A stretch of 64,000 nt of DNA from Oscillospiraceae bacterium (GCA_017848055.1 JAGALZ010000021.1:12-64011), one strand, 5' to 3'. Positions 45,546 through 55,456 are shown, counted from the stretch's first letter. Made by a program: numbers and translations. The notes: generated by a model from the letters alone, not told the origin.

Positions 45546-48116
45546 TTATTTGTCGAGTGAATCAATGTATGCCCTGATTGCTTCTTCTACCGATTTTACG
45601 TCCTCGTAAAGCTCATTTGCGGTCATTCTCAGAGCACCTGCACCCAGAATAATAATCTGTTCGAGTCCATCTGACGTTGCAACTTTTACTCTATGTTGCT
45701 TTGAAAGCTCATGTGCCGTCTTTTCTATGTAAGTATCAGCAGTCTGAGCGGTTTTTGTGTACACAACAGTAATGTTTCCGTGTTTTTCAACTTCTCCCGA
45801 GTGAGATGGAACCTTATATGCATCAAATACAACTATTACCTCGCATTGTTTGAAGCCTTGATAGTTGCACATTGTGTTGATAAGCTGACTTCTTGCCAGC
45901 TCCATGCTGTCCTTAGCATATTTTTTGAGGTTTTCCCAAGAATGGATTATATTATATCCGTCTACAAGCAGATATTCAGTTTTTCCCGCAACAATAGAAG
46001 GTGTCTGCTTCTTGGTATTAATCTCTTCCTTTGGCTTTCTCATAGCATAACGTTTTTCACGTTTTATAGTGCCATAGGTGTTCTCGAAGATTTTCATAAG
46101 CTCCTCGTCCTCTGTAGCACGGCGACAGAAATCGCTTGCTCTCTGTAGCGTAATGAAGCTTTCGTCGGCACCTCGTTTGATATCAGGCGATACGTGCATC
46201 CAGGAAGCACACTCGTCCCAAGGCACTACAATACCCGCACCATGCGAACAGAAAACAGAATCGGCAGTATTATCAATATCGCTGTCACAGTTGTATTTTA
46301 TTTCTTCAATAACCTTTTCAGGGTCAATACAAATGTCATAACCGCTGTTCTGGCAGAAAATCCTGCCCCTGCCTTTGGTGTACGCTGTGATATCATTCGG
46401 ATAGTCGAGCAACCTGCTCACCGGAGCACGTCCCGTGATTGTTGCTTCATCGTCAATTATCTGTGGAGCTTCAAAATCAGCGTGCATATTTTCAAGGTCT
46501 GTCATAGCCCTGCCTATGCATTCTGAGGGGATTGTAAGATTAAAGTCATAGTATGGCTCAAGGAGCATACTGCTTGCGTGTCTTAGTGCGTGTCTTACAG
46601 CTCTGTATGTAGCCTGCCTGAAATCTCCGCCTTCAGTGTGTTTTAGATGTGCCTTGCCCGCCTGAAGAGTGATTTTTATATCTGTAATAGGTGAGCCTGT
46701 AAGAACACCCTTGTGAGTCTTTTCTTTTAAATGTGTAAGGATAAGCCTTTGCCAGTTTCTTGAAAGAACATCCTCACTGCAGTCGGATTCAAATTTAAGA
46801 CCGCTTCCCCTCGGCAGAGGCTCTAAAAGCAAATGAACCTCGGCATAATGTCTCAGCGGTTCGTAGTGACCTGCTCCTCTGACGGGTTCTTTGATAGTTT
46901 CCCGATACGAAATACAACCGGTATCAAACTGTATCTGTGTGCCGAATCTGTCCATCATCATTCTGGTTATAATGTCAAGCTGAACCTTACCCATAATCTG
47001 AATGAGGATTGCAGAGGTTGATTCATCAAAAATAATACTGAGAGTCGGGTCTTCGGTTTCCAGAACTTTTAGCTGTCGAAGCAGAGTAGGTGAGTCAACG
47101 CCCTGAGAAGTGGTAGTAACTCTATATGTGAGCACCGGCTCTAAAAGCGGAGTGCTTACTGCACAATCAGCGCCGAGTCCCTGACCTGCGTAAGTTGCTG
47201 ATAGACCTAAAACTGCACACACAGTTCCTTGACGGGCAGTTTCAGCGGTTTTAAACTTTTCTCCGTTATAGATTCTGATTCGGCTTATTTTCTCCGAGTT
47301 TTCATTTCCAAGCTTGTCCGTGTAAGTGATAGTATCTCTGACGCTGATACATCCGCCCGTAACCTTCAAGTATGTAAGACGGCCGTCATTTGGGCTTTCC
47401 TGAATTTTGTATATCCTTGCAGAGAATACGTCGCTTTCATCATCTGTAACGGTATAAGCACAAAGTCCGTCAAGAAGGTCATCTATGCCGTCAAGCTTAA
47501 GCGCAGAACCAAAATAACACGGGAAAACATGTCTTTTATAGATTGCCTGGGAGATGTCCTGCTTTTCAAGAATTCCGTCATCGAGATAGCGTTCCATGAG
47601 CGACTCACTGCATAGTGAGAGCTCATCATAAAGAAGGTCTTTTTTTGAAGTAAAGTCAACACAGCCCTCAGACAGTTTTCTTGAAAACGAGGCAAGCACA
47701 CTATCTCTGTCCGCCCCCTGCATATCCATCTTGTTTACGAAAATGAATGTTGGGACGTTATAACGTTTTAAAAGCTGCCATAGGGTGACCGTGTGGCTCT
47801 GAATTCCTTCACTACCACTGATTACAAGAATTGCGGCATCAAGCACCTGGAGTGTTCTTTCGGTTTCAGCTGAAAAGTCAACGTGTCCCGGTGTGTCGAG
47901 CAATGTAAATTCAGTATCTCCATATGTAAAGCTCGCCTGCTTTGAAAATATAGTAATACCTCTTTCACGTTCAATTGTATCAGTATCAAGGAAGGAATCT
48001 CTGTGGTCAACTCGTCCGAGCTTTCTGATTTCTCCGCACTTGTAGAGCAGTGCTTCAGAAAGGGTGGTCTTGCCCGAGTCAACGTGAGCTAAAATCCCTA
48101 TAACAGCTTTTTTCAT
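45546..48116 (-). CDS. Translational GTPase (TetM/TetO/EF-G family) fused to a C-terminal YacP/Rae1-type NYN ribonuclease domain
   Basis: G1 AHVDSGKTT, G2 RGITI, G3 DTPGHVDF and G4 NKMD, then EF-G-like domains II-V to aa ~640. The last 144 aa (nt 45549-45980) read EYLLVDGYN...VIVVFDA...TAQTADTYIE...VATSDGLEQ, matching B. subtilis YacP/Rae1. One uninterrupted 856-aa frame. Confidence 0.8.
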   Translation of the reverse strand: MKKAVIGILAHVDSGKTTLSEALLYKCGEIRKLGRVDHRDSFLDTDTIERERGITIFSKQASFTYGDTEFTLLDTPGHVDFSAETERTLQVLDAAILVISGSEGIQSHTVTLWQLLKRYNVPTFIFVNKMDMQGADRDSVLASFSRKLSEGCVDFTSKKDLLYDELSLCSESLMERYLDDGILEKQDISQAIYKRHVFPCYFGSALKLDGIDDLLDGLCAYTVTDDESDVFSARIYKIQESPNDGRLTYLKVTGGCISVRDTITYTDKLGNENSEKISRIRIYNGEKFKTAETARQGTVCAVLGLSATYAGQGLGADCAVSTPLLEPVLTYRVTTTSQGVDSPTLLRQLKVLETEDPTLSIIFDESTSAILIQIMGKVQLDIITRMMMDRFGTQIQFDTGCISYRETIKEPVRGAGHYEPLRHYAEVHLLLEPLPRGSGLKFESDCSEDVLSRNWQRLILTHLKEKTHKGVLTGSPITDIKITLQAGKAHLKHTEGGDFRQATYRAVRHALRHASSMLLEPYYDFNLTIPSECIGRAMTDLENMHADFEAPQIIDDEATITGRAPVSRLLDYPNDITAYTKGRGRIFCQNSGYDICIDPEKVIEEIKYNCDSDIDNTADSVFCSHGAGIVVPWDECASWMHVSPDIKRGADESFITLQRASDFCRRATEDEELMKIFENTYGTIKREKRYAMRKPKEEINTKKQTPSIVAGKTEYLLVDGYNIIHSWENLKKYAKDSMELARSQLINTMCNYQGFKQCEVIVVFDAYKVPSHSGEVEKHGNITVVYTKTAQTADTYIEKTAHELSKQHRVKVATSDGLEQIIILGAGALRMTANELYEDVKSVEEAIRAYIDSLDK

Positions 48117-48140
48117 TAAAGTATCATGCCTTTTTTAGTT

Positions 48141-48902
48141 TTATTTTGAGTATGGGCTATCAAACTCAGCTTCTGCCTTTTTAACAGCATCCTCAAGAGT
48201 CATACCTGTAAAATGCGGAGCATTCAGGTATCTGCCCGACTTCTTGTCGTCGATGAAAGCACCTACTACAATGCCTGGGATTGCACTCTCAGGTGCATTA
48301 GGAGCGTGTGGGCCGCCAAGGTCGGTTCTGCACCAGCCCGGGTCGGTAAGGTTAATACAAACATCTGTGCCTTCAACGGTTGAACCAAGGTCGATAGTAA
48401 TCTTGTCAAGAGCAGCCTTACTTGCAGAGTAGCCAGCCTGCTGTGGTTCAAGTGCAATACCGCTTGTTGTGTTGAGGATTCTTCCGAAGCCTCTTTCAAT
48501 CATCTTTGGCATAAAGTGATAGCAAATCATTGCAGGAGCGATTGTATTAATCTTGAAGCTCTCTGTGTAGTCATTTACAGGAGTCTTGAAGTATTCGGTT
48601 CTGTAAGCAATCTGAAGTCCCGCATTGTTAAGTACAATGTCAATCTGAACGCCTAGAGCGTCAATGTCAGAAAGCATCTTTGCAACAGCGTCAAGGTCGG
48701 AAAGCTCTGCTGCTACAGAATATGCCTCAACACCGAGTGCCTTTACTTCTTCAAGAACCTTGACTGTATTCTCAAGCTTTCTTGCGTGAAGAACGAGATT
48801 GCAGCCCTGCTGAGCCATAAACTTTGCAGTGAGATATCCTATACCTCTGCTTGCACCTGTAATGAATGCCCATTTACCCTTTACATTAATCATTGTAAAC
48901 AT
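48141..48902 (-). CDS. SDR family oxidoreductase
   Basis: ITGASRGIG cofactor motif and YSASKAA catalytic motif. Ends 24 nt upstream of the GTPase-NYN gene on the same strand. Confidence 0.85.
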   Translation of the reverse strand: MFTMINVKGKWAFITGASRGIGYLTAKFMAQQGCNLVLHARKLENTVKVLEEVKALGVEAYSVAAELSDLDAVAKMLSDIDALGVQIDIVLNNAGLQIAYRTEYFKTPVNDYTESFKINTIAPAMICYHFMPKMIERGFGRILNTTSGIALEPQQAGYSASKAALDKITIDLGSTVEGTDVCINLTDPGWCRTDLGGPHAPNAPESAIPGIVVGAFIDDKKSGRYLNAPHFTGMTLEDAVKKAEAEFDSPYSK

Positions 48903-49032
48903 CTCCTTAAAATATGTATTATCCGAATATTTGTGGATATCAAAATAAATATATCATAAATTGAAGAGTTGTTCAACAGTCTGTTATTAAAATGATTACA
49001 TAAATATTATTTTCTTGCACTAAAATGCTAAA

Positions 49033-49071
49033 CATAAAAAATGCAGTCCAAGCAGAACAAGGACTGCATTT
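49033..49071 (-). terminator. Terminator of the pur operon
   Basis: AATGCAGTCC-loop-GGACTGCATT with a T-run on the minus strand (A-run 49035-49040). Confidence 0.75.
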
Positions 49072-49078
49072 AGTATTT

Positions 49079-50434
49079 TTACTGTCTTAAATAAACACCG
49101 TTTTCCTCGATGTAGTCTTCCATATCATCCTTGTAATCGAGGTCAAGAGGGTCTGCAGAAGCCATAAGTGCACGCTTTCCGATATCCTTGCGGAAGTGTA
49201 CCTTGTCCCAGCTTATTTTTGAAACAGCAGCGTATGACTTATCAAGTGCACCCTGGAGTGTGAGTCCTGTGCAGGTAACACCGAGAACACGTCCGCCGTT
49301 AGTAAGGAACTTATCGCCATCAAGCTTTGTTCCTGCGTGGTAAACAAAAGCGCCGTCAACCTGACCCTTTTCGTCAAGACCGCCTATTTCGATTCCCTTA
49401 GGGTAGGAAAGAGGATATCCGCCGCTTGCCATAACAACGCATGTGCAGAATTCTCTCTTCCAGTCAACCTTGACATCAGAAAGTGTGTGGTTGTATATTG
49501 CTTCAAATATTTCGTAAAGGTCACCGTCGAGAAGAGGGAGAACGACCTGAGTTTCAGGGTCACCGAAACGACAGTTATATTCAATTACCTTAGGGCCCTT
49601 TGGTGTGAGCATAAGACCGAAGTAAAGACATCCCTCGAAGGTTCTGCCCTCAGCGTTCATAGCATTCATTGTAGGAATGAAAATCTTGTCCATGCATTCC
49701 TTTGCAATGTCCTGAGTGTAATAAGGGTTCGGAGCAACGGTGCCCATACCGCCTGTGTTGAGACCTTCATCATTGTCGTTTGCTCTCTTGTGGTCCATAG
49801 ATGAAACCATAGGGATAATTGTCTTTCCGTCGGTAAATGAAAGAACGGAAACCTCAGGGCCTGTGAGGAATTCTTCAACTACAACAGTCGAGCTGCTCTT
49901 TCCGAATTTAAGCTCGTCAATCATTTCCTTTACTGCTGTAACAGCTTCTTCCTCATTCTGAGCAAGAATAACGCCCTTTCCAAGTGCAAGTCCGTCAGCC
50001 TTGATAACAGTAGGGTAGGTGTTTTCGCTCTTAATGTAAGCAATAGCACTCTCGCTGTCTGTAAAGACTTCGTACTTTGCAGTAGGAATGTTGTATTTCT
50101 TCATAAGGTCTTTGGAGAAAACCTTGGAGCCTTCGATGATTGCAGCATTCTTCTTAGGGCCAAAGGTCATAAAGCCTGCTTCCTGCATAGCATCTACCAT
50201 GCCCAGTACGAGTGGGTCGTCAGGAGCAACTACTACCATATCAGGCTTAAGCTCATTTGCAAGCTTAAGCATACCGTCAATGTCGGTAGCAGCAACATCG
50301 AAGCATTCTGCGTATTTGGAAATACCGCCGTTACCCGGAGCGCAGTATATTTTGCCGACCTTGTCAGACTCGCTGAGCTTCATAATTATAGCATGCTCAC
50401 GTCCGCCACCGCCGACTACGAGAATATTTTTCAT
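49079..50434 (-). CDS. purD: Phosphoribosylamine-glycine ligase
   Basis: ILVVGGGGREHA N-terminus and ATP-grasp architecture. RBS AAGGAGG. Confidence 0.92.
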   Translation of the reverse strand: MKNILVVGGGGREHAIIMKLSESDKVGKIYCAPGNGGISKYAECFDVAATDIDGMLKLANELKPDMVVVAPDDPLVLGMVDAMQEAGFMTFGPKKNAAIIEGSKVFSKDLMKKYNIPTAKYEVFTDSESAIAYIKSENTYPTVIKADGLALGKGVILAQNEEEAVTAVKEMIDELKFGKSSSTVVVEEFLTGPEVSVLSFTDGKTIIPMVSSMDHKRANDNDEGLNTGGMGTVAPNPYYTQDIAKECMDKIFIPTMNAMNAEGRTFEGCLYFGLMLTPKGPKVIEYNCRFGDPETQVVLPLLDGDLYEIFEAIYNHTLSDVKVDWKREFCTCVVMASGGYPLSYPKGIEIGGLDEKGQVDGAFVYHAGTKLDGDKFLTNGGRVLGVTCTGLTLQGALDKSYAAVSKISWDKVHFRKDIGKRALMASADPLDLDYKDDMEDYIEENGVYLRQ

Positions 50435-50466
50435 GGGGGAATGTCCTCCTTGTGTTTTAATTGTGG

Positions 50467-51057
50467 TTATTTAATAGAAATAGAGTTGATTATTCCGTCG
50501 ATTACAGCCTTATTTTCTTCGTATGTGTTTGAATCTAAAGAAAAGCCAAAAGCAACAGTACTTCCTTCGGTAAGAATATAATATTCAACATATTTTGTGT
50601 CCGGGCCTTCTGACGGATTGCTATATAACGCCTCGATGACGAGCACATCAAAATCATTTATCTTGATGATTTCATTTCTTGAAACATTTCGGCCGAACTG
50701 TTCGTACTGAGCTTCGTATTTTTGAGAAAAACTGCCGAGTCTGTCAACATTCATGTTGGATGTTGTAAACGTATTTAGGTTGAGCTTGGATGAAGACCTT
50801 ACAAGTACGTTTTCTGTGCTGCCGGAAGACTTTTCTGTCCATTCATCGGGATTTACCTTGAAGCAAAGCTTTTTATCGTCCGATACACTGACAGTATACT
50901 CACCGGGGACTTTTTCAGTATCAACCGAAGAATCAGAAGTTACAGATGAACTGCTGTCAACAGAATCAGTAGCCTTGCTGCTTGAATCGTCGTTACCGCA
51001 CGAAACAAGAATCATTGATAAGCTTAATGAAAGAATAATCGAAAGGATTTTTTTCAC
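50467..51057 (-). CDS. Lipoprotein of unknown function embedded in the pur operon
   Basis: GTG start 10 nt after AAGGAG. Signal peptide with lipobox LVSC and a Ser/Asp-rich linker. 196 aa. Confidence 0.6.
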   Translation of the reverse strand: MKKILSIILSLSLSMILVSCGNDDSSSKATDSVDSSSSVTSDSSVDTEKVPGEYTVSVSDDKKLCFKVNPDEWTEKSSGSTENVLVRSSSKLNLNTFTTSNMNVDRLGSFSQKYEAQYEQFGRNVSRNEIIKINDFDVLVIEALYSNPSEGPDTKYVEYYILTEGSTVAFGFSLDSNTYEENKAVIDGIINSISIK

Positions 51058-51090
51058 TATTATAATTCTCCTTTTGGTGCGTTATATGGT

Positions 51091-52272
51091 TTAGTGGTGG
51101 AAAAGTCTGATTCCTGTGAATGCCATAGCCATATTGTACTTGTTGCAAGTCATAATAACATGGTCATCACGGATAGAACCGCCCGGCTCAGCAATGTATG
51201 AAACACCGCTCTTGTAAGCTCTTTCGATGTTGTCGCCGAATGGGAAGAATGCGTCAGAACCAAGACATACGCCTGTGTTCTTAGCGAGCCATTCCTTCTG
51301 CTCTTCCTTTGTGAATACTTCAGGCTTTACCTTGAAGATGTTTTCCCAAGCGCCGTCAGCAAGAACGTCCATGTATTCATCGGAAATGTAAACGTCAATA
51401 GCGTTATCTCTGTCAGGTCTTCTGATGTTGTCAACAAACTGAAGTCCCATAACCTTTGGATGCTGTCTGAGCCACCAGATATCAGCCTTGTTTCCTGCAA
51501 GTCTTGTGCAGTGGATTCTTGACTGCTGACCTGCACCGATACCGATTGCCTGGCCATCCTTAACGTAGCATACGCTGTTTGACTGTGTGTACTTGAGAGT
51601 GATAAGTGAGATAAGAAGGTCAGCCTTCTTGTCATCAGGAATATCCTTGTTGTCAGTAACAATGTTGGAAAGAAGCTCGTTGTTGATGTCAAGCTCGTTT
51701 CTGCCCTGTTCGAAAGTAATGCCGTAAACGTGCTTTCTCTCGATTGGCTCAGGTCTGTAATCAGGGTCAATCTTGATAACGTTATAGGTGCCCTTTCTCT
51801 TGGACTTTAAGATTTCGAGAGCTTCGTCTGTGTAGCCCGGAGCGATAACACCGTCGGAAACTTCTCTCTGAATCATCTTAGCTGTGATAGCGTCGCACTC
51901 GTCGGAAAGTGCAATGAAGTCACCGTAGGAGGACATTCTGTCAGCGCCTCTTGCTCTTGCGTAAGCACAAGCGAGAGGGGAAAGCTCACCGAGGTCATCT
52001 ACGAAATAAATCTTAGCTTCTGTTTCGGAAAGCGGTCTGCCGATAGCAGCACCTGCAGGTGAAACGTGCTTGAAGGATGTAGCAGAAGCCATACCTGTAG
52101 TCTTCTTAAGCTCACATACGAGCTGCCAGCCGTTGAAAGCGTCGAGAAGGTTGATGTAGCCCGGCTTACCGTTGAGCACCTCGATAGGAAGCTCTGCACC
52201 GTTTTCCATAAAAATCTTTGACGGCTTCTGATTTGGGTTGCAGCCGTACTTTAAAAGCATTTCATTTGCCAT
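51091..52272 (-). CDS. purH: AICAR formyltransferase (PurH transformylase domain only)
   Basis: 393 aa. KYGCNPNQ and FKHVSPAGAA motifs of the AICARFT domain, no MGS-like cyclohydrolase domain. RBS GGGAGG. Confidence 0.85.
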   Translation of the reverse strand: MANEMLLKYGCNPNQKPSKIFMENGAELPIEVLNGKPGYINLLDAFNGWQLVCELKKTTGMASATSFKHVSPAGAAIGRPLSETEAKIYFVDDLGELSPLACAYARARGADRMSSYGDFIALSDECDAITAKMIQREVSDGVIAPGYTDEALEILKSKRKGTYNVIKIDPDYRPEPIERKHVYGITFEQGRNELDINNELLSNIVTDNKDIPDDKKADLLISLITLKYTQSNSVCYVKDGQAIGIGAGQQSRIHCTRLAGNKADIWWLRQHPKVMGLQFVDNIRRPDRDNAIDVYISDEYMDVLADGAWENIFKVKPEVFTKEEQKEWLAKNTGVCLGSDAFFPFGDNIERAYKSGVSYIAEPGGSIRDDHVIMTCNKYNMAMAFTGIRLFHH

Positions 52273-52290
52273 TAGTTTTTCCTCCCTTGA

Positions 52291-53007
52291 TTACTTAGTG
52301 TACTTGTTGACAATCTTTGAAACAGCCTTACCTGTCTCAATGTCGATAAATCTTACGAAAAGTGAAACCTTGTTGTCCTCGTTGAGTGCATCCCAGAGGT
52401 TTGCTGTAAATTCATCAATGTCGTTTGGAATTGCAACCTTCTTAGGTTCACCCTCAAAGCTTGGAAGTGGATTTCCGTCACCCATGTAAGTGTGGATGAA
52501 GTGACCTGTTCCGCAAAGCGGATTAGTGTAGGAGTATGTAAATCTTTCGCAGCAGTCAGGGTTTCCGTCAGCAGACTTGAGAATTGAAAGAGCGTAGTTG
52601 TAGGTGCCGTTCTCAACGTGCATAATACCGGAAATTCTAGGTGTGTAGTTAGGAGCGTCGTCCTCGTACTCTCTTGTTCTGAGTGACTGCTCGAAAGTCA
52701 TCTGCTTGTCCATAAGCTCGTAGATTGTATCAGTCTGGTCACCGTTTGTAACGATAGTCTTGTTTCCAAGCACTCTTACAGGTGAGTAGATGATAAGATG
52801 TGGGTCTGTGAGCTTGCTTGGGTCAGCAGCTTCTGTTTTGATTCCGTCTTCAGTTTCAGTGAAGACTCTGTTTCTTGAGTTTACGCTTCTGCCCATAATG
52901 AAGTAAGCAGTAACAGCACTCTTTCCGTCCTCGGACTTACCGATAACAATACCTCTGCCCGGGTAGGAGTTTTCCTTAAGCTCCTCGTAGATGTTAAGCA
53001 TTTTCAT
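52291..53007 (-). CDS. IMP cyclohydrolase, PurO-like (archaeal type)
   Basis: YPGRGIVIGKSEDG...YFIMGRS N-terminus typical of the PurO-type family. ATG 53007 lies 8 nt after GGAGG. Confidence 0.75.
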   Translation of the reverse strand: MKMLNIYEELKENSYPGRGIVIGKSEDGKSAVTAYFIMGRSVNSRNRVFTETEDGIKTEAADPSKLTDPHLIIYSPVRVLGNKTIVTNGDQTDTIYELMDKQMTFEQSLRTREYEDDAPNYTPRISGIMHVENGTYNYALSILKSADGNPDCCERFTYSYTNPLCGTGHFIHTYMGDGNPLPSFEGEPKKVAIPNDIDEFTANLWDALNEDNKVSLFVRFIDIETGKAVSKIVNKYTK

Positions 53008-53037
53008 ATATATGACCTCCAATATTATAGATTGAAT

Positions 53038-53670
53038 TTACTTTTCCAAGTCAATGTAAGCCTTGTCATCAATTACTGTGATTCTGTCCTCGCAGAAAAG
53101 CGAAACAGCCTTCGGCAGGATTTTCCACTCAACATTCTCCATAACCCTTCTCTGAAGGATTTCAGGAGTATCACCGTTAAGAACGGGAACTGTGTCCTGA
53201 AGAATGATAGGGCCTCCGTCGCAAACCTCAGTAACAAAATGCACGGTAGCACCTGTTACCTTTACGCCCTTGCTCAGAGCTGCCTCGTGAACATGGAGTC
53301 CGTAGAAGCCCTTTCCGCAGAAGGAAGGAATAAGTGCCGGGTGCACATTTATCATCTTGTTAGGGAAGGCTCTGCAAAGTGTTTCGTCAAGGATTGTCAT
53401 AAATCCCGCATACACTACAAGGTCAGCCTTTTCTTCGTTCAGAGCATCGAGCATAGCCTTGCTGTATGCGTGAACATCAGGGTATTCTTTGCGTACAAGA
53501 ACTCTGGTAGCGATGCCGTTATTCTTAGCTCTCTCGAGAGCGTATGCCTCAGCGTTCGAAGCAATTACGCAGGTTATTTTTCCGCCTTTGATTTCGCCTC
53601 TTGCCTGAGCATCGATAAGTGCCTGGAGATTTGTACCGCCGCCTGAAACGAGTACAACAATGTTTTTCAT
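53038..53670 (-). CDS. purN: Phosphoribosylglycinamide formyltransferase
   Basis: VVLVSGGGTNLQA and NVHPALIPSF motifs. The start could be ATG 53670 or GTG 53679. Confidence 0.9.
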   Translation of the reverse strand: MKNIVVLVSGGGTNLQALIDAQARGEIKGGKITCVIASNAEAYALERAKNNGIATRVLVRKEYPDVHAYSKAMLDALNEEKADLVVYAGFMTILDETLCRAFPNKMINVHPALIPSFCGKGFYGLHVHEAALSKGVKVTGATVHFVTEVCDGGPIILQDTVPVLNGDTPEILQRRVMENVEWKILPKAVSLFCEDRITVIDDKAYIDLEK

Positions 53671-53751
53671 TATTCTCACCGCCGAAAATTAGTATTACAA
53701 TAAACCAAACAAGGAGGGAACTTCAGAGAAACTCCCTCCTCATAAATCATA

Positions 53752-54786
53752 TTAGCAGATAATTACGCCTTCATCTGAGCTTGTAAGCTCACCGAGAACG
53801 TAAGCCTCTTCGCCTGAAGCCTTGATAGAAGCGATTGCCTTGTCAACATCGTTCTTATCAACAACAACAGTCATACCAACGCCCATGTTGAAGGTGTTGA
53901 ACATATCTCTCTCAGGAATATTGCCTGTTTCCTGGATGAGCTTGAAGATAGGAAGAACATCAACAGCGGCTCTCTCAATCTTAACAGAAATACCGTTAGG
54001 GAGAGAACGTGGCATGTTCTCGTAGAAGCCGCCGCCTGTGATGTGAGAAATAGCCTTAACGTTGCAAACGTCCAGAAGATTCATGATAGGCTTTACATAA
54101 ATCTTTGTAGGTGTTAAAAGTGCCTCGCCGAGTGTGCAGCCCAAAGCAGTCTCGTATCTTGAAAGGTTAGACTCAGTTACAGCAAAAACCTTTCTTACAA
54201 GAGAAAAACCATTTGAGTGAACACCGCTTGACTTGATACCAATCATGATATCACCTGGCTTCTGTGTTTCAGGCTTCAAAATCTTGTCCTTGTCAACAAC
54301 GCCTACAGAGAAGCCTGCAAGGTCGTATTCGTCAACAGGGTAGAAGCCTGGCATCTCAGCGGTCTCGCCGCCAACGAGTGCACAGTCAGCCATAACACAG
54401 CCGTCAGCGATACCTGAAACAATCTTTGCAACCTTTTCAGGGTAGTTCTTGCCTACAGCGATGTAGTCAAGGAAGAACTGAGGCTTAGCACCGCAGCAGA
54501 TAATGTCGTTTACACACATAGCAACACAGTCGATACCAACAGTGTCATGCTTGTCCATAAGGAAAGCAATCTTGAGCTTGGTACCAACGCCGTCTGTACC
54601 CGAAACGAGAACAGGCTTTTTAATGTTTGTGATGTCAAGTTCAAAAAGACCGCCGAAGCCGCCGATGCCGCTGAGAACACCGCTTGTCATAGTTCTTGCA
54701 ACGTGCTGCTTCATAAGCTCAACAGCCTTGTAGCCGGCTGTTACGTCAACTCCTGCGTCCTTGTAGCTTTCAGAAAAACTCTTCAT
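53752..54786 (-). CDS. purM: Phosphoribosylformylglycinamidine cyclo-ligase
   Basis: YKDAGVDV and [10 protein letters not shown] motifs. Confidence 0.92.
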   Translation of the reverse strand: MKSFSESYKDAGVDVTAGYKAVELMKQHVARTMTSGVLSGIGGFGGLFELDITNIKKPVLVSGTDGVGTKLKIAFLMDKHDTVGIDCVAMCVNDIICCGAKPQFFLDYIAVGKNYPEKVAKIVSGIADGCVMADCALVGGETAEMPGFYPVDEYDLAGFSVGVVDKDKILKPETQKPGDIMIGIKSSGVHSNGFSLVRKVFAVTESNLSRYETALGCTLGEALLTPTKIYVKPIMNLLDVCNVKAISHITGGGFYENMPRSLPNGISVKIERAAVDVLPIFKLIQETGNIPERDMFNTFNMGVGMTVVVDKNDVDKAIASIKASGEEAYVLGELTSSDEGVIIC

Positions 54787-54901
54787 ATATGTAACATTCC
54801 TTTCAAAAGTGTGCGGTTAGTCTGCACTTGTATTATTTTTATCGTTTTCTGCTGACAAGGTAAAAGTCAGGCATTCCTTGTCAAGAAGCTTAAACTTTGT
54901 G

Positions 54902-55396
54902 TTATTCGGATAAAGCAGCCTGAAGCTTTGTGTCCTTAGCGATAACGCCGTCAATCATATCCTGCTTTGCCTTGAGAAGCTTTTCTGCGAGAGTATCGTC
55001 AGAAAGAGAAAGCATCTGAATAGCGAGAATTGCTGCGTTCTTTGCTCCGTCAATTGCAACTGTAGCAACCGGAATACCCGATGGCATCATAACTGTCGCA
55101 AGAAGAGCGTCAAGTCCGTTCATAGCACCCGACTTAATCGGAATACCAATGACAGGAAGGGTTGTGTGTCCTGCAATAACACCTGCGAGGTGAGCAGCCA
55201 TACCTGCAGCACAGATGATAACGCCAAAGCCGTTGTCCTTTGCACTCATAGCAAATTTGCTTGCAAGCTCAGGAGTTCTGTGAGCCGACATAACGTGAGC
55301 TTCATACGGAACGCCATAAGCCTTGAGTTCATCAACAGCGCCCTTTACAACTGGCAAATCGCTGTCGGAGCCCATAATGATAGCAACTTTTTTCAT
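54902..55396 (-). CDS. purE: 5-(carboxyamino)imidazole ribonucleotide mutase
   Basis: [13 protein letters not shown] and [10 protein letters not shown] motifs. Confidence 0.92.
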   Translation of the reverse strand: MKKVAIIMGSDSDLPVVKGAVDELKAYGVPYEAHVMSAHRTPELASKFAMSAKDNGFGVIICAAGMAAHLAGVIAGHTTLPVIGIPIKSGAMNGLDALLATVMMPSGIPVATVAIDGAKNAAILAIQMLSLSDDTLAEKLLKAKQDMIDGVIAKDTKLQAALSE

Positions 55397-55421
55397 GTTG
55401 TTTCATCCTTTCGTGTCTTGT

Positions 55422-55456
55422 AAAAAAGAAAAGTGCAACTCAAAAACGCTGCACTT
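55422..55456 (-). terminator. Leader attenuator hairpin immediately upstream of the purE RBS
   Basis: Minus-strand RNA AAGUGCAGC-GUUUUUGA-GUUGCACUU followed by UUCUUUUUU, 25 nt before the purE ATG. Confidence 0.6.

Noticed and set aside
45546-48116. Calling the 856-aa GTPase a plain tetracycline-resistance ribosomal protection protein (tetM/tetO-like).
   Set aside because: Similarity to TetM is strongest in the G domain, which many non-resistance paralogs share. The protein is ~215 aa longer and ends in an NYN nuclease domain, and there is no mobile-element context. A resistance function cannot be excluded, but it should not be asserted from sequence.
54787-54901. Hairpin TGACAAGG...CCTTGTCA between purE and purM, read as an internal terminator or promoter.
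   Set aside because: No U-run follows the stem and no convincing -10 element is present. It is more likely an mRNA processing or stability structure, and support is too weak to annotate it.
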